Below, piece by piece: positions 28,166 through 37,860 of a DNA stretch of 64,000 nucleotides. A model generated the notes under the pieces. It worked only from the letters and a program-made list of their open reading frames with translations, did not search any database and was not told the DNA's origin. A program made the translations under genes and the position numbers. The DNA comes from an uncultured Chitinophagaceae bacterium (lineage in GTDB: Bacteria > Bacteroidota > Bacteroidia > Chitinophagales > Chitinophagaceae), in contig CALIIL010000085.1 in NCBI GenBank assembly GCA_938017685.1, positions 2,819-66,818 on the forward strand. Direction: 5' to 3'. Position 1 is the stretch's first letter. Every line of letters starts with the position of its first letter.

Positions 28166-28497
28166 CGCACTATTTTTATTTTGTGTGCCGTTGGATATTC
28201 GATTAATGGGATAAAACCTTCTTTCCAAAAATCTAAATCTAATAACTGGCCGTCTTTGTTTTTGGTTAAGGTTATGGTTACTAATATATCATCAGTATCT
28301 ACATATTCCACACGCATAATGTCGCCATTGTAGTCCATGTTTTTATTTAATGATAAGTTTATACTTTCAGTTTGTTTGGGATTGTATGAACTCACTTCGG
28401 CTGGGATGCTTTCTGTTAAGTAAGAGACCATGGCTAATGAAAGCATGCTCGTTATTAGATCAATTTCTTCTTGGCGTATTGCTCTTAATTCATTCAT
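28162..28497 (-). CDS. small cytoplasmic protein, immunity-type/DUF6984-like (tentative)
   Basis: 111 aa. Its ATG overlaps the ftsK stop (TAATG). The C-terminal motif LLDLDFWKEGFIPLIEYP matches a ~100-aa family I recall ending ...ELD.WK.DF.PL..P. Confidence 0.45.
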   Translation of the reverse strand: MNELRAIRQEEIDLITSMLSLAMVSYLTESIPAEVSSYNPKQTESINLSLNKNMDYNGDIMRVEYVDTDDILVTITLTKNKDGQLLDLDFWKEGFIPLIEYPTAHKIKIVR

Positions 28498-31043
28498 TAT
28501 TGAATATTTAATTCTTGTAAAACTTCCATTAATTCTGCTTCGGTTTTAACCATGACTTCGCGTGCTTTACTGCCTCGGCTTGGTCCAACAATACCTACAG
28601 CTTCTAATTGATCCATGATGCGTCCTGCTCTGTTGTAACCTAAGTTAAACCGTCTTTGTAGCATACTTGTGCTACCACTTTCAGAAGTTACAACGAGTGC
28701 TGCTGCTTCCTTAAACATTTTGTCAAAACTGCTTACGTCTTGTTGTCCATTAGAACCGGTATCTCCCTCGGCGCCTGCATATTCTGGTAATTCGTGTGCT
28801 ATTGGATAGCCTCTTTGCTGTCCAATAAACTCTACAATAGCTTCTACTTCTGGCGTATCTACAAAGGCACATTGTAAGCGTACAAGCTCACCACCATTTG
28901 ATATAAGCATATCTCCACGACCAATCAACTGATCCGCACCGCCAGTATCTAGGATGGTGCGAGAGTCAATTTTAGATGAAACTTTAAATGCCATGCGGGC
29001 TGGGAAGTTGGCTTTGATTGTACCCGTAATAACATTTACTGAAGGTCTTTGCGTAGCTACAATTAAGTGAATACCGATAGCACGAGCCAACTGAGCCAAG
29101 CGTGCAATTGGTGTTTCAATTTCTTTACCTGCTGTCATGATCAAATCAGCAAACTCATCAATAACTAATACGATATAAGGTAAATATTTATGTCCTTTTT
29201 CAGGGTTTAATTTTCGTTTGATAAACTTGGCATTGTACTCCGCCAAGTTTCTGGCGCCTGCATTTTTTAATAACTCATAACGCTCGTCCATTTCAATACA
29301 AAGTGCATTGATGGTATTGACTACTTTTTTTGTATCAGTAATAATGGCCTCTTCTTCATCTGGTAATTTAGCCAAGAAGTGTTTTTCAATTAATCGGTAA
29401 ACGGATAACTCAACTTTTTTAGGGTCAACTAAAACAAACTTTAATTGTGACGGATGCTTTTTATAAAGTAGTGAAACTAAGAGCGCATTAATCCCTACAG
29501 ATTTACCTTGACCCGTTGCTCCTGCCATTAATAAGTGAGGCATTTTGGCAAGGTCTACAATGTAGTTATCATTAGATATTGTTTTACCAATAGCAATCGG
29601 TAATGCGGCCTCTGTATTCTTGAATTTTTCAGAAGCCAACAAGGTGCGCATATTGACTATTTGCTTATTCTTATTTGGAACTTCTATTCCAATCGTACCT
29701 TTGCCTGGAATAGGCGCGATGATGCGTATCCCTAAAGCAGCAAGGTTTAGTGCAATGTCATCTTCCAAGTTTCTAATCTTAGATATGCGCACACCTTCGG
29801 CAGGAACAATTTCATAGAGTGTGACTGTTGGCCCAATAGTAGCCGATATTTTTTGAATGTCAATTTTAAAACTCTTGAGCGTATTAATGATTTGATTTTT
29901 ATTATTCTCTAATTCATCCTTGTCAATATTCATACCTGTATTTACTCTGTTTTCTAGTAAATCAATCGTCGGGAATTTATAATCTCGGAGGTCTAATGAT
30001 GGGTCGTATAATTCGTCTGTTGCCAGCTTAATGTCGTTCGGTATTTTCTCCTCTTCTTTTATTGCTTGAACTTCTAATTCAAGTTCGTCCGTTTTTTGTT
30101 CGGCTTTTTTTACAGGTGTTGCGGTGTCTAACTCTATTTCCGTTCCTTGTATTGCAGGAGACGCTTCCGTTTGAGCAGGTTCTTCTTTTTCGACTAAAGT
30201 TAGTTGGTCAAAAGGATTGCTTACTGCTGGTTCTGTTTTTTCTTCTAGTACAATTTCTGGGCTTATGCTTTCGTCTATTTCTAAAATAGGTTCTGGGGAA
30301 GGCTCTTGAATAGCAACTTCAGGTACTGCAACTTCTGCTGCTTTTATTTCAGCTTCATCTTGTAATGGAATAATATTTCTTTTCTGAAATAGTTTAGACC
30401 AAAAAGGAAGTTTTATAATTGGATTAAACAATAAGATAATCAAGGCTATGGCCAGCGCAATATTTATAGCCAAAGCACCGCTTGAGCCAAATGCACCAGT
30501 TAGCAGGCTAACTATGGTATTGCCAAATGATCCACCATATTGAAATTGCTGACCATTGCCTATAACGCCAGAATTAAAAAAGTAGGCGAGTAGAGGGCTT
30601 AACAGCAATACCGAAATGGCGGTGTAGAATAAAAACTTGAGCGTGGAAGTAAACGCTTTTTTCCTAAGAAGATTAATGATAAAAATGATAATAAAGACAA
30701 GGAATAGATAGCTCGCTAGTCCAAACCCTTTGAACACAATATTGTGCGCTGTAATAGCGCCTAAGTTGCCCGCGGCATTATCTACTTTAATATCTTTTTC
30801 AAATACAAAGCTTACATAATCTGTTGCGTTAAATACTTTGTCTTGGTCTTGTTTCCAAGTACCCAAGTAAGAGAACATGCTTGTGAATAAAAAAAGAATA
30901 GTAAATATTAAAAATACGCCAACGATTCCTTTCAATCTTCCGTCTTTAAAGATAGAAGGTGCTTCCTTTTTTGCTGGTGCTTTTTTTCTTGACCTTTTAG
31001 CCATAGTGGCAAACGTACTAAGGATGCTCAAAAAAAGCTCCAT
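28497..31043 (-). CDS. ftsK: DNA translocase FtsK
   Basis: N-terminal TM segments, P/E-rich linker, motor domain with AGATGQGKS Walker A, and a gamma domain with the SMLQRRF..GYNRAGRIMDQLE winged helix. Confidence 0.95.
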   Translation of the reverse strand: MELFLSILSTFATMAKRSRKKAPAKKEAPSIFKDGRLKGIVGVFLIFTILFLFTSMFSYLGTWKQDQDKVFNATDYVSFVFEKDIKVDNAAGNLGAITAHNIVFKGFGLASYLFLVFIIIFIINLLRKKAFTSTLKFLFYTAISVLLLSPLLAYFFNSGVIGNGQQFQYGGSFGNTIVSLLTGAFGSSGALAINIALAIALIILLFNPIIKLPFWSKLFQKRNIIPLQDEAEIKAAEVAVPEVAIQEPSPEPILEIDESISPEIVLEEKTEPAVSNPFDQLTLVEKEEPAQTEASPAIQGTEIELDTATPVKKAEQKTDELELEVQAIKEEEKIPNDIKLATDELYDPSLDLRDYKFPTIDLLENRVNTGMNIDKDELENNKNQIINTLKSFKIDIQKISATIGPTVTLYEIVPAEGVRISKIRNLEDDIALNLAALGIRIIAPIPGKGTIGIEVPNKNKQIVNMRTLLASEKFKNTEAALPIAIGKTISNDNYIVDLAKMPHLLMAGATGQGKSVGINALLVSLLYKKHPSQLKFVLVDPKKVELSVYRLIEKHFLAKLPDEEEAIITDTKKVVNTINALCIEMDERYELLKNAGARNLAEYNAKFIKRKLNPEKGHKYLPYIVLVIDEFADLIMTAGKEIETPIARLAQLARAIGIHLIVATQRPSVNVITGTIKANFPARMAFKVSSKIDSRTILDTGGADQLIGRGDMLISNGGELVRLQCAFVDTPEVEAIVEFIGQQRGYPIAHELPEYAGAEGDTGSNGQQDVSSFDKMFKEAAALVVTSESGSTSMLQRRFNLGYNRAGRIMDQLEAVGIVGPSRGSKAREVMVKTEAELMEVLQELNIQ

Positions 31044-31137
31044 ACTCGCTGCTTGTTAAACGATTAAATATCCACCTTTATGTGTATAAATCAAGAGAAT
31101 GAGCAGGGCAAAAACTGAAAAATTGCCTTAAAATTAG

Positions 31138-31145
31138 TAAATTTG
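31138..31145 (+). promoter_or_regulatory. Bacteroidetes -7 box (TAAATTTG) upstream of the T9SS cargo gene
   Basis: Exact TAnnTTTG. The ORF-track TTG start (31143) lies inside it, so ATG 31155 is favoured. Confidence 0.4.
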
Positions 31146-31154
31146 TTAATTGAT

Positions 31155-34088
31155 ATGCATACAAAAAATATAAATCGTAATTTTCTTTTAATTGTTTTTA
31201 TGGCTTTTGCTACCATCCTACCGAACAGTATAAAAGCACAGTTGACGGTCACGTCTAATCAAACTGCCACTGCACTAGCACAATCATTGGTTGGGCAAGG
31301 CGTTTCAATTTCTAACCCAACATTAGCTTGTGACCCTATTGCTAATGGTGTGTATATGGTTGTACCTCCTAATACTACAAACTTAGGAATTGATACGGGT
31401 ATTGTTCTTACATCTGGTATGGCTGCAACAGCGGGTGCTAATTGGGGGGTAGATGGAGCCGCCATCAATCTAGCTTCAACAGCTACAACTGGAGGTGCTG
31501 ATGCTGATTTATTTATACTATCAGGAGGTGTTACTTTAAACGCTTGTGTTCTAGAATTTGATTTTGTGCCATTGGGTGATTCAATTAAGTTTGATTATGT
31601 TTTTGGTTCAGAGGAGTATGACGGTTTTACTTGTTCATTCAATGATGTATTTGGATTTTTTATTAGTGGTCCAGGTATTACTGGGCCTTTTACTAATAAT
31701 GCAAAAAATATTGCTTTGGTACCAGGAACTGCCTCATGTCCTGTAGGTGTTAAGACAATTAATTGTATGAATTTAAACTGTGCTTGTTCCATTGGAGGAA
31801 CTTTGGCACAGTGTAATGCTGCTCCTGGTTGTAATGGACTTTCTCCCTACAATACTTTTTTTAATTGTAATCAAACCGGAACAAGTGTAACTTATCGCGG
31901 ACTAACAACTGTACTTACGGCAGAAACGGAAGTGCAGCCTTGTTCAACATATCATCTAAAATTAGCTGTAGCAGACGCTTTAGATCAAATTTTAGACTCT
32001 GGGGTTTTCATAAAAGCAGGAAGTTTAACTTCTAACTCAATTTCGTTTCAACCACTTTCAGCTTTGAATACACCGCAACCTTATGTGGTTGAAGGTTGTG
32101 CAGCTGGCTTAATAAAAATTTCAAGACCTGTTGCAACTCCAAACCCTTATCCTGTAAATTATGGCTTAGGTGGTAATGCAATTAATGGTGTTGATTATAA
32201 CACACTATCTGGAACGGTCACAATACCTGCCAACGATACCGTAGTCTATATTAATATATCGGGCATTGGCGATAATATTGCTGAAGGAACAGAAAGTTTA
32301 ATCATATATCAATATGCACCTTGTACTACATCTATTGTTGACTCTGTTGAAATATTAATTAGTGATAATTACATTGCTAATATTGCTTCCAGCGATACTA
32401 CCATTTGTGCTGAGGATTCAGTCTTTATTCAGGTAAATGGCGATGACTCATTGACTTATACTTGGACCCCAATTGCTGGTGTTAGTAACCCTACAATTAA
32501 AGAGCCAACAGTAAGTCCTAATGTTACAACAACTTATAATGTGGCCATGGCTTATCCTCAAGCAGGTTGTCCTGTTCTAAATGATTCTATTACCGTAACT
32601 ATGAAGCAACCACCGCTCATTAATATTGGTAATGATAGTATTATATGTCAAAATTTGTCCATTGCATTTAATCCAACCATTAGTCCAGCCCAACAATATA
32701 CTTATACTTGGAGTGGGAGTGGAGCACAGTTTTTATCGTCTACAAGTATTATTAATCCGGTAGGTACTTTCACACAGCAAGGTGTATTTGATTTAATATT
32801 AAATGCTGATCCTGGAGCTGCAGGTTGCACAGGTATGGATACCATAACTATTGAAGTCGTTCCTGATGATATTGTAATGCTTACACCAGATACAACGATT
32901 TGTAAAGGTAGTTTTGTACCGATTAGAGTTGACGGTCATCCATATTTTAACTACCAATGGAGCCCATCAACATTCTTAGACAATCCTACCATTGAAGATC
33001 CAACATCTACTCCAGATAGTTCTATTTCATATACGGTTACTGCCAACTTTTCGGGTTGTAATCCAATGAGTAAAACCATCAATATTTCTGTAGAACCTAT
33101 TCCTATAATTGAAGCAGGTGCTAATAGAGAAATGTGTGATTATGATACTATACAATTACAAGCAACGGTTGTGCCAGCTAACTACCCCAATTATACGTAC
33201 ACTTGGACACCAGGAACAGACCTCATTGGAGCCAATACGTCTAATCCAGTATTTACAGGGCGGAATCAAACCTTCCTACAATTAATTGTAAATACACCTA
33301 TAGGATGCAGCGATACTGATATCGTAAATATAACAGTTAACCCGGTAGAATTTAGCTTTACAAGCCCAAGCGAAACAGTTTTGTGCCCAAGAGATTCTGT
33401 GCAGTTTTCGAGCAATGGTGCTATTAGTTATTATTGGACACCTAGCTTGTATTTAAATAACGACTCTATTGGTGACCCTATTTCTAGTGCCATAGTACCA
33501 ATAGAATATACTATATATGGAACTAATGCAAAAGGTTGTGTAGATACTGATAAGGTGGTTATTAATATAGCGCCACAAACCGTTATTGATGCTGGTGAGG
33601 ATGTAACAATATATCCTGGCGAAAGCCATCAGATTTATACAAAGGGTAATGCCAGCTTATTTAGTTGGTTCCCTCCTTATGCATTAGATAATACAACAGT
33701 TTCTGATCCGGTGGCTACGCCAGCTGTTTCAACGATGTATTTCGTTACAGGACAAACGGAGAATGGATGTGAAAGTAAAGACTCCATATATATAAGAGTG
33801 TCACCAGAAACGTTGTTGGATTTGCCTAATGCATTTACACCAGGCAGTGGTACAAGTATAAATGACTTGCTCAAAATTAAGAAGAGAGGCATTGCAACTT
33901 TAAATTACTTTAGAATCTTTAATCGTTGGGGCGAATTAATTTGGCAAACGACAGATATTGAAGAGGGTTGGAATGGAAGATATAAAGGAGAACCGCAGCC
34001 TATGGGTGCATATGTATTCATGATTGAAGCCAAAACTTCGACCGGAAGAATATTTAATAAACAAGGAACCGTTACATTAATCAGATAA
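31155..34088 (+). CDS. large T9SS-secreted surface protein: choice-of-anchor L domain, Calx-beta-like domain, six Ig-like repeats, type B (gliding motility-associated) C-terminal sorting domain
   Basis: The N-terminal block FDYVFGSEEYDGF..FNDVFGFFISG is choice-of-anchor L. GVDYN...IGDNIAEGTESL is Calx-beta-like. The C-terminal LPNAFTPGSG..ND......YFRIFNRWGELIW...GWNGRYKGEP.P.GAYVF is a type B CTD. Confidence 0.85.
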   Translation: MHTKNINRNFLLIVFMAFATILPNSIKAQLTVTSNQTATALAQSLVGQGVSISNPTLACDPIANGVYMVVPPNTTNLGIDTGIVLTSGMAATAGANWGVDGAAINLASTATTGGADADLFILSGGVTLNACVLEFDFVPLGDSIKFDYVFGSEEYDGFTCSFNDVFGFFISGPGITGPFTNNAKNIALVPGTASCPVGVKTINCMNLNCACSIGGTLAQCNAAPGCNGLSPYNTFFNCNQTGTSVTYRGLTTVLTAETEVQPCSTYHLKLAVADALDQILDSGVFIKAGSLTSNSISFQPLSALNTPQPYVVEGCAAGLIKISRPVATPNPYPVNYGLGGNAINGVDYNTLSGTVTIPANDTVVYINISGIGDNIAEGTESLIIYQYAPCTTSIVDSVEILISDNYIANIASSDTTICAEDSVFIQVNGDDSLTYTWTPIAGVSNPTIKEPTVSPNVTTTYNVAMAYPQAGCPVLNDSITVTMKQPPLINIGNDSIICQNLSIAFNPTISPAQQYTYTWSGSGAQFLSSTSIINPVGTFTQQGVFDLILNADPGAAGCTGMDTITIEVVPDDIVMLTPDTTICKGSFVPIRVDGHPYFNYQWSPSTFLDNPTIEDPTSTPDSSISYTVTANFSGCNPMSKTINISVEPIPIIEAGANREMCDYDTIQLQATVVPANYPNYTYTWTPGTDLIGANTSNPVFTGRNQTFLQLIVNTPIGCSDTDIVNITVNPVEFSFTSPSETVLCPRDSVQFSSNGAISYYWTPSLYLNNDSIGDPISSAIVPIEYTIYGTNAKGCVDTDKVVINIAPQTVIDAGEDVTIYPGESHQIYTKGNASLFSWFPPYALDNTTVSDPVATPAVSTMYFVTGQTENGCESKDSIYIRVSPETLLDLPNAFTPGSGTSINDLLKIKKRGIATLNYFRIFNRWGELIWQTTDIEEGWNGRYKGEPQPMGAYVFMIEAKTSTGRIFNKQGTVTLIR
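32394..33800 (+). repeat. six tandem ~75-aa protein repeats (D..IC......., Y.W.P...L.NP....P...P...T.Y.V) within the cargo gene; boundaries approximate
   Basis: Read from the translation. Each unit starts near DTTIC/DSIIC/NREMC/SETVLC/DVTIY and carries a Y(T/Q/Y)W(T/S)P core. Confidence 0.6.
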
Positions 34089-34099
34089 GTTATATATTT

Positions 34100-35149
34100 A
34101 TGCCAAGATTTAGAAAAATGAAATCAACTTTAAAGTCTTTACTAATTATTGCTCTTGTATTTGTCATGACAAATACAAAGGCTCAGGACATTCACTTTAC
34201 ACAGTTTAATATGTCGCCTTTGACATTAAACCCGGCTAATACCGGCGCACACAGCGGTATGTGGCGTGCTAATGCGATTTATCGTAATCAGTGGAATAGT
34301 GTAACGGTACCATTTGTAACTTTTGCAGGATCTATTGATGCTCCAATCTTTAAAGGGATTGGGCAAGACGATTACTTTGGTGTAGGTCTTGCTATTTTTA
34401 ATGATCGTTCTGGTGACGGAAATTTAGCTAATACTTCAATATTGGCTTCTATGGCTTATCACTTAGCCTTAGACGATGATGGAAAAACTAAGTTATCTCT
34501 TGGTATGCAAGGTGGATATACACAAAGAAGTATAGACTTCTCTCGTTTATATTTCGGAGATGAATTTTTTAATGGAGGTTTCCAACCAGGAACTACTGGT
34601 GAGTTAATTAATCCTAAGACTGATTACTTCATGGCTAATGTTGGTCTTTCTTGGAGACATGCAATACATGAAAAAGTTTCTTATTATCTTGGAGCTTCTG
34701 CATTTAACTTAAACCAGCCAAACGATGGTTTATTGCGTAAAACGAATAATGAAGCAGGTCTTGCTTTAAGAATTAATGGTCAGTTTGGTTTGGACTGGAT
34801 GGCAAGTACAAGATTAATGGTTTCTCCATCAGCATATTATCAAACACAAAGTGCGGCAACGGAATTAGTTGCGGGTGCTGAGTTTAAGTATATTGTAGGT
34901 GATACCTATTTACCTGCTGTTGCTCCTAAAGTATTTATTGGGGCATATACACGTATGGGCGATGCGCTTCTTGCTAACTTTGGTTTAGAGTGGCAAGGGT
35001 TTCGTTTAGGTTTAGGTTATGATTATAATACATCAGACTTACAAACAGCTTCTAACGGTAATGGTGGATTTGAAATTGCCCTTTCATATGTCAAGCCAAG
35101 TCCATTAGATTTGTTTAGAAATAAAGCCTTTCCTTGCTCTAGATTCTAG
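34100..35149 (+). CDS. PorP/SprF family type IX secretion system membrane protein
   Basis: AQDIHFTQFNMSPLTLNPANTG N-terminal signature. Beta-barrel-like, 349 aa, directly downstream of the type B CTD cargo. Confidence 0.85.
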   Translation: MPRFRKMKSTLKSLLIIALVFVMTNTKAQDIHFTQFNMSPLTLNPANTGAHSGMWRANAIYRNQWNSVTVPFVTFAGSIDAPIFKGIGQDDYFGVGLAIFNDRSGDGNLANTSILASMAYHLALDDDGKTKLSLGMQGGYTQRSIDFSRLYFGDEFFNGGFQPGTTGELINPKTDYFMANVGLSWRHAIHEKVSYYLGASAFNLNQPNDGLLRKTNNEAGLALRINGQFGLDWMASTRLMVSPSAYYQTQSAATELVAGAEFKYIVGDTYLPAVAPKVFIGAYTRMGDALLANFGLEWQGFRLGLGYDYNTSDLQTASNGNGGFEIALSYVKPSPLDLFRNKAFPCSRF

Positions 35150-35172
35150 ACAAGATATATTTTAAAAAAAAT

Positions 35173-35194
35173 AAAGTGAATGAATTTCACTTTT
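35173..35194 (+). terminator. AT-rich hairpin after the PorP/SprF gene
   Basis: Stem aaagtgaa/ttcacttt with a 5-nt loop followed by T residues. Confidence 0.35.
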
Positions 35195-35238
35195 AAGATT
35201 TCAATCCATATATTTACAGCTATTAACATTTCAAATAA

Positions 35239-37398
35239 ATGAGTAAGAAAATAATATTATTAACTCTAGTGTCACTTCTAATGGTAATAGGAAGTGTAAA
35301 TGCTCAAAAAGTTCAAAAAAAGGATGATCCAATTGCTAAGCTTCCATTCAAGAAAAAGCTTAAATATGCCGACAATCTATTTAAAGAAGCGAGCTATTAC
35401 ACGGCTGAGGAGTATTACTTCCAACTGTTAAAGGAGCGTCCTCGTAACCCTCATATTAACTGGAAACTAGCAGAAGCACTTCGTTATAACAGAGATTATT
35501 CTCTTGCAGGTAAGTATTATCGTATTGCATACGAATTATTATCTGCTGATTATGTAAAAGCTCCTTTCTATGAAGGACATATGCGTAAGATGAATGGAGA
35601 GTACGACGAGGCAATTGCTCGATTCGAACTGTTTAAGAAAAATTACAGAGGAAAAGACAAGCGTAAATTAATGAAGCAGGTTGATATTGATATCGCTGGT
35701 TGTAAGATGGCTAAAAAGTCTATTTTAAATCCAGAGCGTGCTTATGTTAAGAATGCAGGTCCAAATGTGAATTCTTCTTACACTGAGTATTCGCCTGTAC
35801 CATTAGGCGACTCGGCTTTGTTGTATGCTACAATGAATTCTAACAAAATTATTTATAAAGGAAAAGATAGACGTAAAGATCACTTCTCAAAATTTAGATG
35901 GGCGCCAAAGGAATTTGACCGCACACGTATTAAAGATAGTTTTGAGGTATCAATGGACTTTAAAGACGGTTCAAAAGTATTTACTTCTAAGTCTCAACAC
36001 ATTGGAAATGGAGCATGGAGCCCAGGCGGTGACCGTTTTTATTATACTAAATGTAGTGAGCGTGATAGTATGAGAACTGTATGTGAAATATGGGTTTCTA
36101 ACTTCAACGTAGAAAAGGGAATTTGGGGTAAATCGTCTAAAGTTGAAATGTTGAACTTTAGAGGTCAAGATGATAATGAAGACGTATCAAGTACTAATCC
36201 TCATGTTGCTTATATTGGTAACAAGAAAGAGGTTATCTTCTTTAGTTCAAACAGAAAGCTTCAAGGAAGGGGTGGTTATGATATTTGGTATTCTATATAT
36301 GATTCAACAAGAGAAGAATCACGAAGATATAGAAGAGCACAGAATTGTGGTAAAGCAATTAATACAGTAAAAGACGAAATTACTCCATACTACGACTCAA
36401 GAAAAGGGCAGTTATATTGGGCTTCGAATGGTTTAATTGGTGTTGGAGGTTACGATATTTTTACTGCAGATGGAGGTCCTTCGAGATATAGAAATGTGCG
36501 TAATTTAGGATTTCCAATAAACTCACCACAAGATGATATGTACTATATTCAAGACAATTCAGAAAAGTCTAATGGGTATATTGTTTCTAATCGTTACGGA
36601 AGTTATTATTCCAAAAATCCAACATGTTGTGATGATATTTGGAGAGTAATTAAAGAGCCTAACTTCTATGTAAGAGGTAAAGTTGTAGATGAAAATTCAG
36701 GTGAAGTTATTGATCGCGCGGTGATTAAAATGACTAACGATAATAAAGGTGCCATTCAAGATACCTTCTTCTCAAAAACTGGGAACTTTATGTTCTACAC
36801 TCCTTTAGGTAACAACTACTCTTTAGCAGCTGATAAAGAAGGTTATGTATCTGGGAGAACAATAGTAAATACTTCTACAAAATCTGTAATGGATCCGGAT
36901 GATACAACATCAGTAACAATCTATATGCAGAAAATTGGTAACAATACTGAGTTCCGTGTACAGAATGTATATTATGACTTTAATACAGCTAAGTTCCACC
37001 CTGGATCTTTTGCAGCGATGGATTCTTTGGTAAACTTTATGAAAGATAATCCGGCGGTAAGTGTTGAAATTAGATCCCATACTGATAATATTGGTACAAG
37101 TAATTCTAATGATAAACTATCATTAAGAAGAGCTAAAGTAGTATTGGACTACTTGGTTAAAAAGGGTGTAGAGCGCTCAAGAATGGTAGCACGTGGCTTA
37201 GGAGAAGGTGAGCCAATGGAACCAAATAGTAATGACGTAAATCGTCAGTACAACAGAAGAACTGAATTTAGAATTATTGGTGATGTACCAGGTATGCGTA
37301 TTTTTTACGATAAGAATCGTCCTGAATATATTGATAAAACAGGAGCAGGCTCAAGAAGCGAAAATCTCACTTTACCTGAAACTGATCAATACGAATAA
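35239..37398 (+). CDS. PorE-like OmpA family protein (TPR + beta-propeller + carboxypeptidase-regulatory-like + OmpA_C)
   Basis: TPR-like N-terminus; repeated TolB-like YSP/Y.S.R.G.GG.DI motifs; GKVVDENSGEVIDRAVIKM (CarbopepD_reg-like); C-terminal NRRTEF OmpA peptidoglycan-binding motif. Confidence 0.8.
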   Translation: MSKKIILLTLVSLLMVIGSVNAQKVQKKDDPIAKLPFKKKLKYADNLFKEASYYTAEEYYFQLLKERPRNPHINWKLAEALRYNRDYSLAGKYYRIAYELLSADYVKAPFYEGHMRKMNGEYDEAIARFELFKKNYRGKDKRKLMKQVDIDIAGCKMAKKSILNPERAYVKNAGPNVNSSYTEYSPVPLGDSALLYATMNSNKIIYKGKDRRKDHFSKFRWAPKEFDRTRIKDSFEVSMDFKDGSKVFTSKSQHIGNGAWSPGGDRFYYTKCSERDSMRTVCEIWVSNFNVEKGIWGKSSKVEMLNFRGQDDNEDVSSTNPHVAYIGNKKEVIFFSSNRKLQGRGGYDIWYSIYDSTREESRRYRRAQNCGKAINTVKDEITPYYDSRKGQLYWASNGLIGVGGYDIFTADGGPSRYRNVRNLGFPINSPQDDMYYIQDNSEKSNGYIVSNRYGSYYSKNPTCCDDIWRVIKEPNFYVRGKVVDENSGEVIDRAVIKMTNDNKGAIQDTFFSKTGNFMFYTPLGNNYSLAADKEGYVSGRTIVNTSTKSVMDPDDTTSVTIYMQKIGNNTEFRVQNVYYDFNTAKFHPGSFAAMDSLVNFMKDNPAVSVEIRSHTDNIGTSNSNDKLSLRRAKVVLDYLVKKGVERSRMVARGLGEGEPMEPNSNDVNRQYNRRTEFRIIGDVPGMRIFYDKNRPEYIDKTGAGSRSENLTLPETDQYE

Positions 37399-37424
37399 TA
37401 TAATTTAAACCATACAATAAAAAA

Positions 37425-37451
37425 ACCCGACTTTTAAAGTCGGGTTTTTTT
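37425..37451. terminator. bidirectional rho-independent terminator
   Basis: Perfect 9-bp stem acccgactt/aagtcgggt with a 3-nt loop, an A-run upstream and a T7 run downstream. Confidence 0.7.
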
Positions 37452-37467
37452 AATATTTGAAATAGGT

Positions 37468-37860
37468 CTAAGGCTTGCTTTTTACTATTTGTATAAAAAA
37501 GTATATCCAGCCAATAATTAATACTAAACCACCAATAGGTGTTAATATGCCTAAGCCAGTTAAACCAATAATACCGTTGCTCTTAAACGCGCATAATATA
37601 TATATTGAGCATGAGAAAAGTATTGTGCCTAAGCTAAAAAGTAGATTTAATAAGTTGGTAGTCTTGTGAGTTAGAAAGTTGGATAAAGCTCCAATACTAA
37701 TCAATGCTAGTCCATGATACATTTGATATCGAACACCGGTCGCAAAGCTTGCTGTTAAATCAGGTGTGAAAAATTGCTTTAAATAATGGGCATTCATGGC
37801 GCCTAAAACAACGGCACTTCCTGAAAACACAATACCGCTCAATATTATTTTCTTATTCAT
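37468..37860 (-). CDS. DUF423 (YgdD/TMEM256) family membrane protein
   Basis: 130 aa, 4 TM segments, AHYL.....F.T.V.YQMYH pattern. Confidence 0.7.
   Translation of the reverse strand: MNKKIILSGIVFSGSAVVLGAMNAHYLKQFFTPDLTASFATGVRYQMYHGLALISIGALSNFLTHKTTNLLNLLFSLGTILFSCSIYILCAFKSNGIIGLTGLGILTPIGGLVLIIGWIYFFIQIVKSKP

Noticed and set aside
28183-28195. The 9-mer AACGGCACA (minus strand) is shared between the 3' end of the 111-aa ftsK-linked gene and the gap downstream of the HEAT gene (about 62262-62274). This might be a cassette boundary repeat.
   Set aside because: Dozens of exact 9-mer matches between a 150-bp region and a 64-kb window are expected by chance, and the similarity does not extend beyond the 9-mer.
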